From Octopus vulgaris (taxonomy: Eukaryota): a DNA stretch of 64,000 nucleotides. The stretch is taken from the NCBI GenBank assembly GCA_951406725.2, contig OX597824.1, forward strand, positions 27,528,001 to 27,592,000, read 5' to 3'. Of the stretch, positions 1 to 11,247 are shown piece after piece (position 1 is the stretch's first letter; the number at the start of each line of letters is the position of its first letter). Made by a program: the position numbers and the translations under genes. The notes below the pieces were generated by a model, which searched no databases, had not been told where the DNA came from, and was given only the letters and a program-made list of their open reading frames with translations.

Positions 1-119
1 TGCATTATATTCTCTGTCCTCTTTAGATATAAAAGGAAACTGTATAATGTCAGTCATGTGTGTCGGTTGATAACTGTCATGATACTGGTGTGATGTAATT
101 ACGTGATATGATAATTAAT

Positions 120-335
120 CCTTTCTGCTTTTGGGGATAAAGGTCTGAAATTTTAAGGGGAGAGTATTAGTCGATTACATAGATCCCAGTACTGAGCTGG
201 TACTTATTTTACCAGCCCCGAAAGGATGAAAAAGGATAGAGTCGACCTGGGCAGAATTTGAATTCGGAACTTAAAGAACCAGAAGAAACGCCGCTTAGCA
301 TTGTGTCCGACACGCTCATGATTCCGCTAGCTCAC
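120..335 (-). mobile_element. tRNA-derived SINE family A (Meta/MESC-like central domain), diverged copy
   Basis: Reverse complement matches the intact copies at 33700 and 57049, including the gtcgac..tttcatcctttcgggg..aaataagtaccag core. Confidence 0.8.
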
Positions 336-343
336 TACCTCCT

Positions 344-394
<51 letters not shown>

Positions 395-475
395 AACTAC
401 TACTGCTGCTACTATTAGTATTATTATTATTATCATTATTATTATTATTATTATTAGTAGTAGTAGTAATAGTAA

Positions 476-510
<35 letters not shown>
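336..510. repeat. Compound trinucleotide microsatellite (CTA)n-(TTA)n-(TAG)n
   Basis: Read directly; the CTA and TAG blocks are mutually complementary. Confidence 0.95.
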
Positions 511-1221
511 TACTATGTAGTGTATTGTGAGTGCATAACGAAGTACCACGTACCTGCATATCTTTAATGTTTACATACCAGCCCCAGGAATGTGTCTAAT
601 ATGTAAATTGATATATCCAATAACTTAACACCGCTGTATGCGGTGGCTATATAAGGAATGTGTTCGGAAGAAACAGTAGGTTAAATGATAGCTGAAGAAG
701 GGGCAACAGACCCTGAAATATGACATATACACTTATTACCCATTTTTTTCTTCAATCACATTGTCTATTTACATCTGAGGTCTCGATACGAAACGTTACA
801 GCAACAATCAGTGCTGGCTATTAGTTCTATAGGATATATAAAGCAATAATCGTAACAAAATAATATAAAAGCACTGCTGACGCAATGGAACGTAGTACTG
901 ACTTATGAAAACATTTAGTATACCTTGTCTAAAAGAAGTAAAATGTAAAAGCCATGTCTATAAGATAAGCACCGGATTCATTGAAAGTTTAATCAGATAT
1001 CAACTACTTTATATTACCACAATATGTTGAACAAAGCTTACACCGCCCTGTACATACACACTGTCACACCCACACGATCATATACACACCCACTCTAATT
1101 CTTTTCATACACACACTCATGCACACTCACACATATATTTCAACATATTCACTCAGAAATACACACAGACGGTACATCCACGACCATCTCGTCCTTCTGT
1201 ATATTCTAATCTGATAAGCAA

Positions 1222-1620
1222 CGGTGTGGCTGTGTGGAAAGTTGTCTGCTTCCCAACCACATGACTTCGCGTTCTGTCCCACGGCGTGGCTCCTTGAGCA
1301 AATGCATTCTGCTACAGCGTCGGGTTGACCAAAGCCTTCTGAATAAATTTGGTAGATGGAAATCAAAAGAAATCCATCGTATATATTATATGTGCATTAT
1401 TTTGTGTGTGTGTGTGTTTGTATCTATCCCCACCACCACTTGACAATCGTGATTGTGCGTATTCATTCCGGTAACTTAATGGTTCAGAGAACGGATCGAT
1501 AGGATAAGTGTCAAGTTTGAGAAAATAAGGACTGGGATCGATGCGTTCTCTAAAATTCTTCGAGGCGGTGCCCCAGCATGGCTGAAATCTAAATCACTGA
1601 AACAAGTCAAATATAAATGA
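1222..1620 (+). mobile_element. tRNA-derived SINE family B, diverged copy
   Basis: Head gtggctgtgtgg, internal TA/TG tract and tail ggcggtgccccagcatggc, shared with the copies at 16030, 31990, 40930 and 44668. Confidence 0.8.
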
Positions 1621-1654
1621 TAAAATCTGAAATCCGTAAGTATTGATCTGAGGT

Positions 1655-1953
1655 TTATTTTTCTGTTCCTTTGCAAGCCATGTTTGGCTCATAATGAGCC
1701 GGTTTCCCGGTTTCATTGGCATATAGGTTCCCCACATGGATGAGATGCCGGTCCATCGCAGGTGAGCTGCAAGATGCAGGAAGAAAGAGTGAGAGAAAGT
1801 TGTGGCGAAAGAGTCAGCAGAAGTTCGCCATTACCTTCTGCTGGAGCCGCGCGGAGCTTGGGTGTTTCACACACATCGCTCGGTCTGATATTCGAACCCG
1901 CGATCCCTCGACCGCGAGTCCGCTTCTCTATCCACTAGGCCATGTGCCTCCAC
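1655..1953 (-). mobile_element. tRNA-derived SINE family D, full length with TSD
   Basis: Minus-strand head with A box (tggcctagtgg) and B box (ggttcgaat); 13-bp TSD attgatctg(a/t)ggt at 1642-1654 and 1954-1966; second copy at 12503. Confidence 0.85.
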
Positions 1954-2249
1954 ATTGATCTGTGGTACAGGCTGTTTTTTCTATTAGGTCAAAATCACGT
2001 CCGTATTGCCGATCTGTTTCAAAATGCTAAGTGGCATTTTTTTCTGAGTTCGATTTCCTCTGATTCGATATTACCTTTCATATCTCCGAGTTGATGAAAT
2101 ATGTACCAGTCAAATACAGTGGTTGGTAATATAGATTGGCCCCCTCCTCGCAAAGCTGTTGCCCTTGTAATAAATTTACAAAGTATTAGAGATTTTCAAA
2201 GTATTGGAGAATTGCACAGATACACAAGGACAAACAAGAAAAAACTGGT

Positions 2250-2560
2250 ACTCCATCGGTTACGACGACGAGGTTTTCAGTTGATTCGATCAGCGGAACA
2301 GACCGTTTCTTAAATTACCGTGCAAGTGGCTGAGGACTCCACAGACATGCGTACTCTTAACGGAGTTGTCAGGGAAATTATGCGTGACACACAAAATGTT
2401 TCAATGCTGCCCATTTGAATTACAGGTATAACTAGTTTTTGCCAGCTGAATAAACTAGAGCAGCTTCAAATGAATTACCCTGGCCAAGGAGGCATAACAA
2501 GCCACCGGGACTCGAAATCATGACCTCACGATCGTGAACGGAACACCTTAACGACTTATG
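2250..2560 (-). mobile_element. Older SINE: tRNA head, CORE-like body and family C tail
   Basis: Tail ggttacgacgacgagg..gtggctga..actccacagaca shared with 16629-17013; paralogue at 35628. Confidence 0.7.
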
Positions 2561-2754
2561 AACGAGACTCAAGAGCACAAATGGAAACAAACAAATCCGA
2601 GACCTTTCAGGTAGTTAACCTATGACATATTCGCAAAACCGTGCGTATGTGTGTGCGAGTGTGTGAATATGTGTGTGTGAGTGTGTGTAGGCGTGTGTGT
2701 GCATGTGGATGTATGTGTATATGTATGTATGCTCGTGTGTGTGTAAGTGTATAC

Positions 2755-2802
<48 letters not shown>

Positions 2803-3620
2803 CATGCTTATATATATATACGCGTGTGTGTGTGTGTTTGTGGACGTGTGTCTATCTCTCTCTATATATATATCTATATTATATATATATCAATATATAT
2901 ATATATATACACCGATACCGAAAAAGTTACACAAGCGAAAAATATATTCAAAGCAACATGTACAAAATATTAATTTTCAACGGAGGAAAAAAAAAGAAGA
3001 AAAAAAACTGAAACCAGAGTATGATGCAAATTGTTAACAAAAAATATCCGAAAGACAAGTAAAAAAAAAAATAACAAAACTACAAAATACAAAATAATAT
3101 TAATAATAATTATTATTAGTAGAGAAAAAAATGGAAGATGAAACTACGGATAAGGTAGCAATCAACATTTTTGTTAATACATCCCCATAGTTATTATTGT
3201 GTATACAGTTATATATACATGTCACAAATATATATACTCGTGTGTTTGCACTTCATTATTTTTTTATGTATATTGATGTAGTTGATTTGCGTAGAAATAT
3301 ATATATGTGTACAATCGCAAACGAATATACACTTTCACGGGCGTGCACACACGTACACTCTCATACCCACCTAAAAAATACGCATGTACGCGCACACATA
3401 TACGTGATTGGGGATTTGCTGTTGTTGAAGTATGTGTGGGTCTGTGTGCGTGTTTGTATTGTATGGGTGTGTATGTATGTGGACGTCTGTGTATGTGTGT
3501 GGTGTGTGTGTATGTGTGTGGTGTGTGTGTGTGTGTTCATACGTAAATGAGGAAGTAAATACATACGTTTATTTATACAATATGTATGTATATACATGTT
3601 TATATATATAAATATATATA

Positions 3621-3663
<43 letters not shown>

Positions 3664-4336
3664 CTCCCCACTCTCTCTCTCTCTATATATATTATATATA
3701 TATAAATAAATTGTGTGAGTGTGTATAAATAAATAAACAATATAAATATATACAAAATATCTATATCTATCTATATAAGTATATATATATATATATATAT
3801 ACACGTATAAGCAGACACATTCGTATCCATTCACATGCACACACACACACACATACACACATACACACGCACACACATACATATGTACGTTTCTTTTACA
3901 ACTTGTAACCAGAATAGACTAATTATAAATTGCATTATATATGAGGTCGATAGCGATACCTACAATATACGGCGGTGTAACATTGAAGATAAATTACACA
4001 AGAAAAATTCACTGACTCTGTAATATGTAGAATATACGTTATGAAAATCCTGATTATATTTTGATGTGTTGTCGAGATAAGAGATAAGCATCATCTGGGT
4101 ATATTTCTGGGAGTTGATTGAAGCACACACACACACAAACACAAACAGACACACATATATACACACACATATATACACACACATATATATATACACACAT
4201 ATATATACACACACATATATACATACAAGCACATACACATACATATAGATGCACAAACATAAATTCATATATGAATATATATATTCACGCATATATCTAT
4301 ACATATCTCCACACACACACATATATATATATTTCT

Positions 4337-4376
<40 letters not shown>

Positions 4377-4390
4377 TTATATGTATATAA

Positions 4391-4479
<89 letters not shown>

Positions 4480-4490
4480 TAGATAGATAT

Positions 4491-4521
<31 letters not shown>

Positions 4522-5109
4522 TGTATGTATGTATTTATATACATATACAAACCCCCACACCTACACACACACATATATATACATATATATATATATTTAC
4601 ATATATTTATATGAATACATATGAATGTATTTATATGTGTGCTTAAGCTTTAGTAGTCGCGTATTGATGTTTTAGCAAAACAAATCAGGAATAATATAAT
4701 ACGAGAACAAATAGCGAATCGTTTTTTTTTCTTTACCGTCCATTTTTTCCGTCTATCTTATCTTTATGTATTTCTAAGATGCAGCGGCTGGAGGCCATAT
4801 TGTTATTGTTTCCACTCATACCAGCAGTAATGGCGGAGATCACTGCCAAAAATTACTACATTGAAGACCCTTTATCTTGTCGCTTGACCTGCTACAATGA
4901 ACATTTAATATCTCCTTGAAATGTCACTCATCCTACCACGCTATTAAAACTTAAATGACGCGTTGATTAGCGTGTTACTAGTTTTGCTAGATGTAAATGA
5001 AATCTCTCACCAGGACTGAATTTTTGCCTTAGTAACCGGTGTGCTTCAGGAATTCTACATTTGAACAACAGCAACTTCCTATAATTAGGAATATTCTGTT
5101 TGTGACCAA

Positions 5110-5318
5110 GGCGACGACCTGGTGCAATAGTTAACACGTCGGGCAAAATGCTGCTAAGCATTTTGTCCGTCTTTACGCTCTGAGTTCAAATGCCATTGAG
5201 GTCGACTTTACCTTTCATTCTTTCGGGGTCGATGAAATAAGTACCGGTTGTGTACAGGGGTTGATGTAACCGACTATCCCATTTCCTCGAAATTGCTGGC
5301 TTCGTGCCAAAATATGAA
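5110..5318 (+). mobile_element. SINE family A
   Basis: ctgagttcaaat..gaggtcgactttacctttcattctttcggggtcgatgaaataagtacc core. Confidence 0.85.
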
Positions 5319-5628
5319 GGCAGTTTTCTGCCATCTTTAAATCTGTTTGTGTGTCTCACAGTAAGTTATCTAATGAACCCTGTAATTGCGTCTAAATCGG
5401 AATCGACCGTGGGTCAAATAACATCAATATCGGACATAATGGATGCATAGAATAAGAGAAATCTGTTGAAAACGACAAGAACGTTTCAACATTTAAAGTG
5501 GAATCCTTGCCGTAATGGTAATCATGTATGGACAGATATGAATGTAGCGGTAAGAAGGTCGGTTCGGAACCAAGTGAGTTTGGTAGAGCAGGGTGAAAAT
5601 TTGTGGAAGTCTCTCGTGTATATCCATA

Positions 5629-5725
<97 letters not shown>

Positions 5726-5951
5726 GAAATATTAAAATTACTAAGTCTCTCTAAAAGAGAACAACGGCAGCGTTTCCGGAAAATAATAGTTATCGCCATA
5801 CTAATATGGCATTCTTATAAAAATAAGAATAAAGCTGTCCGCTTATTAGCTCCACGAGGCCATCGCCTTAAGTTAGCTATTTGATACACAAACTGTATCC
5901 ATATAACCTTCGAACAAGGGAGGTCAGTCGCTCCACACTACTTGACCGGCA

Positions 5952-5993
5952 GCTACAGACGCGTTTCGGAGTATTGCCCCTTTTCAATGCAGC
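5952..5993 (-). ncRNA. Minimal type I hammerhead ribozyme, variant core UUGAAAA
   Basis: Minus strand: gctgca-TTGAAAA-gggg caata ctcc-GAAA-c gc GTC-tgtagc; 6-bp stem I, 4-bp stem II, palindromic ACGCGT stem III. Confidence 0.7.
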
Positions 5994-6097
5994 GTAGCCA
6001 GACCAGTAGGTGTCGCTTCTGACAATCTCTGTTCGAAGGTTTTATTTACCTAGCTTCGGTAGAATACATCCACTTGTTTTCAATAATAGAAATATAC

Positions 6098-6139
6098 GCT
6101 GCCTTGAAAAGGGGCAATACCCCGAAACGCGTCTGTAGC
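6098..6139 (+). ncRNA. Minimal type I hammerhead ribozyme, variant core UUGAAAA (mirror copy)
   Basis: gctgcc-TTGAAAA-gggg caata cccc-GAAA-c gc GTC-tgtagc; one mismatch closing stem I. Confidence 0.65.
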
Positions 6140-6376
6140 TGCCGGTCAAGTAGTGTGGAGCGACTGACCTCCCTTGTTCGAAGGTTATATGGATACAGTT
6201 TGTGTATCAAATAGCTAACTTAAGGCGATGGCCTCATGGAGCTAATAAGCGGACAGCTTTATTATTATTTTTATAAGAATGCCATATTAGTATGGCGATA
6301 ACTATATATATATATATATATATGTATGTATATATGTATATATGCTTGTGTGTATATATATATATGCATATATATA

Positions 6377-6682
6377 TATAATTTAGGGTATCTAAGAGAT
6401 ACCAACACGCTGGAAATACCAGTCAGAACTTGACTCTAAAACTATTTAAACTATCTGAGTTGACTTTAAAGCTATCTGAGTATATTCCACTGATGAAGGC
6501 AGAGCATTTCTTATACAAAACCAGAAATCCGGAGTCTGGAATTATCCAGTAATTTTTTGCTAGTTTATTTATTTTTTTTTGTCTTCTTTCCTGGTGGTGT
6601 ATGAACATTTAATGTGGTTTTAGAGTCACGTTTTGACTGCTATTTCCAGCGTGGTGGTGTCTCTTAGATACCCTAAATTATA
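6377..6682 (+). mobile_element. Fold-back hammerhead-bearing element next to a TA tract
   Basis: About 67-bp inverted repeats at 6377-6443 and 6616-6682 enclose an HHR; the 3' half recurs at about 52438-52580. Confidence 0.75.
6484..6542 (+). ncRNA. Type I hammerhead ribozyme (stem II decayed)
   Basis: attcca-CTGATGA-aggc...acca-GAAA-tccgga-GTC-tggaat; perfect 6-bp stem I and palindromic tccgga; the paralogue at 52440 has gcca, which restores stem II. Confidence 0.7.
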
Positions 6683-6988
6683 ATTTTAAATAATTATTAC
6701 CTTTCAAGGCTTTCATTCCCATGCTGGCCACCCGATAAGATCGGTATTTAAATATCGATCTTATCCTTATATATATTTATAAAAAATCAAGGACTACAAC
6801 AGAGCAAACCCTGCTATTAACTGTAGGTTATAAGACGATTTTTGCAGTTTATCCAACTTCAATACGGCAAACATTTACAACCTTCTATGTTATAAAGCCA
6901 TTATTGTTCCTGAAAGTTGCTTTTTATACCTTCTACGGACTGCTGGACCCTTATTATCTTCCTTCACCTTCATTCTTGAATCTTACCT

Positions 6989-7067
<79 letters not shown>

Positions 7068-7149
7068 ATAATTATACGTCTTCAAAAATCGTTTATGCAG
7101 TAATATTCTCATTCATTTCCAATCCGAGCCGTGTTTCCGATAGATAGGT

Positions 7150-7720
7150 GTTCTAATGTCCTTTGATGTAAAGTTTATGTATACTTAGTTGATTCATTTC
7201 AAGTTTATATTCTCACAAGGTAGACATTCCTATGCAGATTTGTTCAATCTGTGATATATGAAATCCGCAGAAGCTAACTCAGGATTTAATTATCGAGTGA
7301 AGTTTTGTTCATCTTGAGCAATTCGTTCATCTTGAGCAATTCTATATATTTCCTATCACTCCAAATATGGATTGTATCAAAGTGATAAGGTACATGCCCA
7401 GATACAAAATCCCTATTCCTTTACGTTATGCATATTTATATATCTACCCTTTTAATAATGTTGGCAAATAAAATAGAGATAAGAATGTGCATTGTCCGTT
7501 TGATTGGAAAATTCTATAAGAGACTGAAGATTGCTCGACATTTTAAAACTGATGTAATACTTGCAGTGTTTAATAAAATGAAGTAGCATGAAGCAATTGA
7601 ACTACCCTACCTTAGGATATACTTGTTGCTTATTTTGATTATAATCATACCATTTGATTTATATGGATAATACCATATAAAATTCTGGTGCCTTTGACTT
7701 AAGTACCATATTCATATGAA
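7150..7720 (+). pseudogene. Heavily decayed Penelope-like reverse transcriptase relic
   Basis: Broken frames in the expected order: VLMSFDVKFMYT (7150-7185, cf. SFDVxSLYT), YAYL, YKRL..DC (cf. RYxDD), LPYL/DILV (about 7602-7627, cf. LPFLDILV). Many stops and frameshifts. Confidence 0.4.
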
Positions 7721-8029
7721 TCTAAATTTTGCTGATCTTATACATATGTGTATGTGTGTGTGTATTATGTGGAAAGCGGAGCTTTTCAGTTGGAGGATTC
7801 AAAAGGCATGTCAAAATACATGGCACCTGTTCATTTTACCTGCCAGCAGAGCTGCGCATTATGCAATAGAATGTGTAGAATTTAGCCGGGCTCAAGTGTC
7901 ATACGAGGGCCTCATGTTGCATCATTAACGTCTTATTGCATTTCAATGATTCGTTCTAGAAATGGCTTGCTTGAGCATGATAAAGCAGCTACTATATATA
8001 TATGCATACATACATACATACATGCACAC

Positions 8030-8065
<36 letters not shown>

Positions 8066-8159
8066 GCATAGAGAGAGAGAGAGAGAGGGAGAGAGAGAGA
8101 AAGGAATAAATAAACAGACAGCTTGCTAGCAAGATAGATTAGATAGATAGACAAACGTG

Positions 8160-8190
<31 letters not shown>

Positions 8191-8247
8191 ATGTGTGTGT
8201 GGGCCTATTGTTTAAATGAGGATTTATACACAAGATAATTATCCTGA

Positions 8248-8463
8248 TAATTGTTTCGACTGTAGGCACAAGACCAGTAAATTTGGAGGAGAGGACTATT
8301 GGATTCCATTGATCCAAATGCTCAACTGTTACCTAATTTTTGGACGCTAAAAGGATGAAAGGCAAAGTCGACTTCGGTCATGTTTGAACTCTGAACTTAA
8401 AGACGGACGAAATGCCTCTAATCATTTTGTCCGGCGCGGTAATGATTCTGCCTGCTCTCCACT
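8248..8463 (-). mobile_element. SINE family A
   Basis: aaaggatgaaaggcaaagtcgac..tttgaactctgaac matches the reverse complement of the family core. Confidence 0.85.
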
Positions 8464-9029
8464 TTGAAATATTCCAAACACAGGTTTGAAGTAAAAAAAA
8501 AAAAAAAACCCATATCCTTCTCAGATTTATTTTTCATTTGCCTTGCCTAATTAAAAATTTGCAATTAGCCCCAGTGGGAGTAGATTACATGTGGACAAGT
8601 CACTGTTCATTTTGTCATGCCACAGTTGAGAAAAAAAAAAGAAAAAAATCATTGACATTGTAAATTTTTTTCGAAAATTTCAAAACCGAGAGAAAATAAA
8701 TAACAAAAGTAATGGAAGATGTTTTCTTCAGTAATTATGCAACGAACGAACGGAATATTAAATAATATGCTTCCGTCAGTTTTAACCCCAACTGAACTCA
8801 GTAACTGCTATAATATTTCTTTAATTCGTCCACAAAATATTTTAATATATCATTCGAAATGTTTATAAAAAATATTGGAAAATCTTTGTAGGCCTTTCTA
8901 GTCACGTTTTTTGCAACTAATAAATTTACAATGCTACTAAATTTAATCCAGGTTCTGCATATAAAAAATATATATAATTGATCTGTCCAAGACATATTGA
9001 TTGTTGCTCCAATTCCTTACCTTCCTCAA

Positions 9030-9400
9030 CTCATTGGTGCTGCAAGCGATTGATTTTTAAATCCAAGATAACATGTGTGATTGTTTTGTTTTTTTTTCCT
9101 GTTTTCATAGGACTCGAATGTCTTGTTGAGTTTAAATATTTTTGCGTTCTAAACCTATTCACCTTTCTACTGGTCGTCCATAAATAGGCCTCAACTGGAC
9201 CGCCTCTTCCAACCAACTAGTTTGGTTAAGTTTTGTTATGAAACAATCGAGCACCCAATCCCAAATAAGGCGGCGCACCATCCTGTTGGGAAAAAACTGC
9301 TGTTAGCAAATGGTGCAAGTGTGGTACAAAAGAATAGATAGAATAAATTGCGGAAGCTGTAAAGATAATTTATAGATATTCTCTAACCTATGAAATCAGT
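9030..9400 (-). pseudogene. Tc1/mariner-superfamily transposase relic
   Basis: Minus-strand translation FSQQDGAPPY...(frameshift)...LVGRGGPVE, matching the FQQDGAPPH...RWIGRGGP catalytic-region motif. Confidence 0.6.
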
Positions 9401-9578
9401 AATATGCAGTAAAGCTAGCATATGAGTTGCCAATGATAGGAATATATTTTACTCTTTAATGCGAATGTCTGTAGATTGTTGCTTCTCCTGCAAGAAATAG
9501 CAACCAAATATCTCAAATTCTTCAAATTATATATATAAGCAGAGCATTTTTCTTCGTATGTCAGTACAAATGACTGCT

Positions 9579-9729
9579 AAAAAATATCTACGATGAGTCA
9601 TCGATTTAAAAAAAAATTTACCCTCATTTTTTTCCCCATTTTTTTGATATTTTTTGGCTATAACTCTCTAAAAATGTTTATATAGTTATTTCCCTTACAA
9701 ACCCGAGCAACGCCGGTCGATACTGCTAG
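9579..9729 (+). mobile_element. 3' part of a non-autonomous Helitron
   Basis: Closely matches about 62120-62279; subterminal ccgagcaacgccgg hairpin and CTAG end followed by T. Confidence 0.75.
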
Positions 9730-9889
9730 TTATATATATAAGCAGAGCATTTTTCTTCGTATGTCAGTACAATGACTGCTGGCTATGGTTAAAAGCCCTC
9801 TCAGACTGAATCTTACCCCAATCTATGTCTTGAAAATCATATATGTGATCAAGTTGGCATATCAACTGATTTGCATTACACCCGTCTAC

Positions 9890-10532
9890 AATACTTAATA
9901 GGATCTTATTTATTTTAAGAGGGTAAGTTTTGTTTTTTTTTATCTCGGGTACATTTAACTGTTGTTTGTAGTAGGTCAATTTATTCACGCTGATATTAGT
10001 CGTCCCCGTTTTACATAACAAAGTATGTTATCTTTGTCTTTGATATATCGAAAATAAGAAGATCCTACCCCAGCATCTCCATCTTCATAACCGAGGCGCG
10101 CGCCATTGAACGACAAGAAATGACACACAATTGGTCTTCAAATCGCACATTAATCTAGAAAATCATATATATATGATCACAAAATATGAATAGTTGATCC
10201 TGTTGATGCTTTATTATTGGCATAAACCTGCGTTTACAAAAAAAATTATTTCCTTATCTGTATCTTTCAATACACCTCAACGATTCTTAAGCAAACCTAT
10301 TTTGTTGACTTTCAACCCAAGTTGAATTTAATTCCTCCTCTTCACTCTCTATTTCATATCTTCTCTATTACTTTAACATTTTCTCGCACAGCCTCTGATG
10401 AAAGGATATATAAAATATCCCGGAAACAGCTGTAAGACCTTCTCTTTATAAAGGTTCTGTAAACATTCAGAGCCTTCGATTTTTTATCTGATTCTGTTAT
10501 TTTATATACAGATATATATATATATGATTCTG

Positions 10533-10540
<8 letters not shown>
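9890..10540 (+). mobile_element. Decayed Penelope-like element 3' end (endonuclease relic plus HHR-bearing tail) ending at a TA array
   Basis: Peptide remnants KYVIFV, RQEMTH and QTYFVDFQPKLN (cf. ExxFIxxxxPxLN at the GIY-YIG C-terminus), followed by an HHR and then (TA)n. Confidence 0.5.
10391..10438 (+). ncRNA. Minimal type I hammerhead ribozyme
   Basis: gcct-CTGATGA-aa ggatat ataaa atatcc cg-GAAA-c agct GTA-agac; palindromic ACAGCTGT stem III; one stem I mismatch (the paralogue at 46958 has gtct/agac). Confidence 0.75.
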
Positions 10541-10594
<54 letters not shown>

Positions 10595-10838
10595 AAAAAT
10601 TGTGAAGCATGACTGTCAACACTACTACATGAACCCGAAGATTGCAGAATTCAATGCATGAAAGTACTAGTTCAATCAGAATGAATATTTAACATTCTAC
10701 TATTTCATTTTATTTTATTCAATTATAATATATTATCTTATAATATATCATTATAAGATTGTAAATAAAACGTGAAAATCAGACAAGGTTGGAATTCTTT
10801 TTATTAATATATTCTTCTATACACAATCACACACACCC

Positions 10839-10884
<46 letters not shown>

Positions 10885-10932
10885 AAACTAACAGAATCAG
10901 ATAAAAAATCCAAGGCTGTGAAAGGTTACAGA

Positions 10933-11114
10933 TCTGGAAAAAGTGTAAACAAGCAACAATAAATCTCTGAACGAGATATAAAGCTACAAGCTACAGTAGC
11001 ATCTACTATTAGTGGTTAGACACATTCAAGTGACAAATATACTTTACATTTTCGTGTAGCTGCTGTTTATACCTCGTTCAGAGATTTATTATTGCTCGTT
11101 TACACTTTTTGGAG
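10933..11114. repeat. Imperfect inverted repeat (about 60-bp arms)
   Basis: aaaaagtgtaaacaagcaacaataaatctctgaacgag versus ctcgttcagagatttattattgctcgtttacactttt. Confidence 0.8.
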
Positions 11115-11188
11115 ATCAGTGACTTTTCGTCACTGACAAAAGGATATATATATTTGTATATATTGGGACCCCTTCGCATCGAAGACCG

Positions 11189-11247
11189 GTGATTGTTGTG
11201 CGCTGATGACTGGTAAATACTCAGAAACTCGGTTCCGTGCGTATCAC
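11189..11247 (+). ncRNA. Degenerate type I hammerhead ribozyme
   Basis: gtgat..tgtgcg-CTGATGA-c tgg taaatac tca-GAAA-ctcggTTC-cgtgcg t atcac; stem I pairs well with wobbles, stem III is imperfect. Confidence 0.5.

Larger units (their letters stand above)
5720..6305. mobile_element. Fold-back non-coding element between TA arrays, with a hammerhead in each 211-bp arm (PLE pLTR-like)
   Basis: 5786-5996 is the reverse complement of 6095-6305 (about 4 mismatches), with a 98-bp spacer; TA tracts on both sides. Confidence 0.8.
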
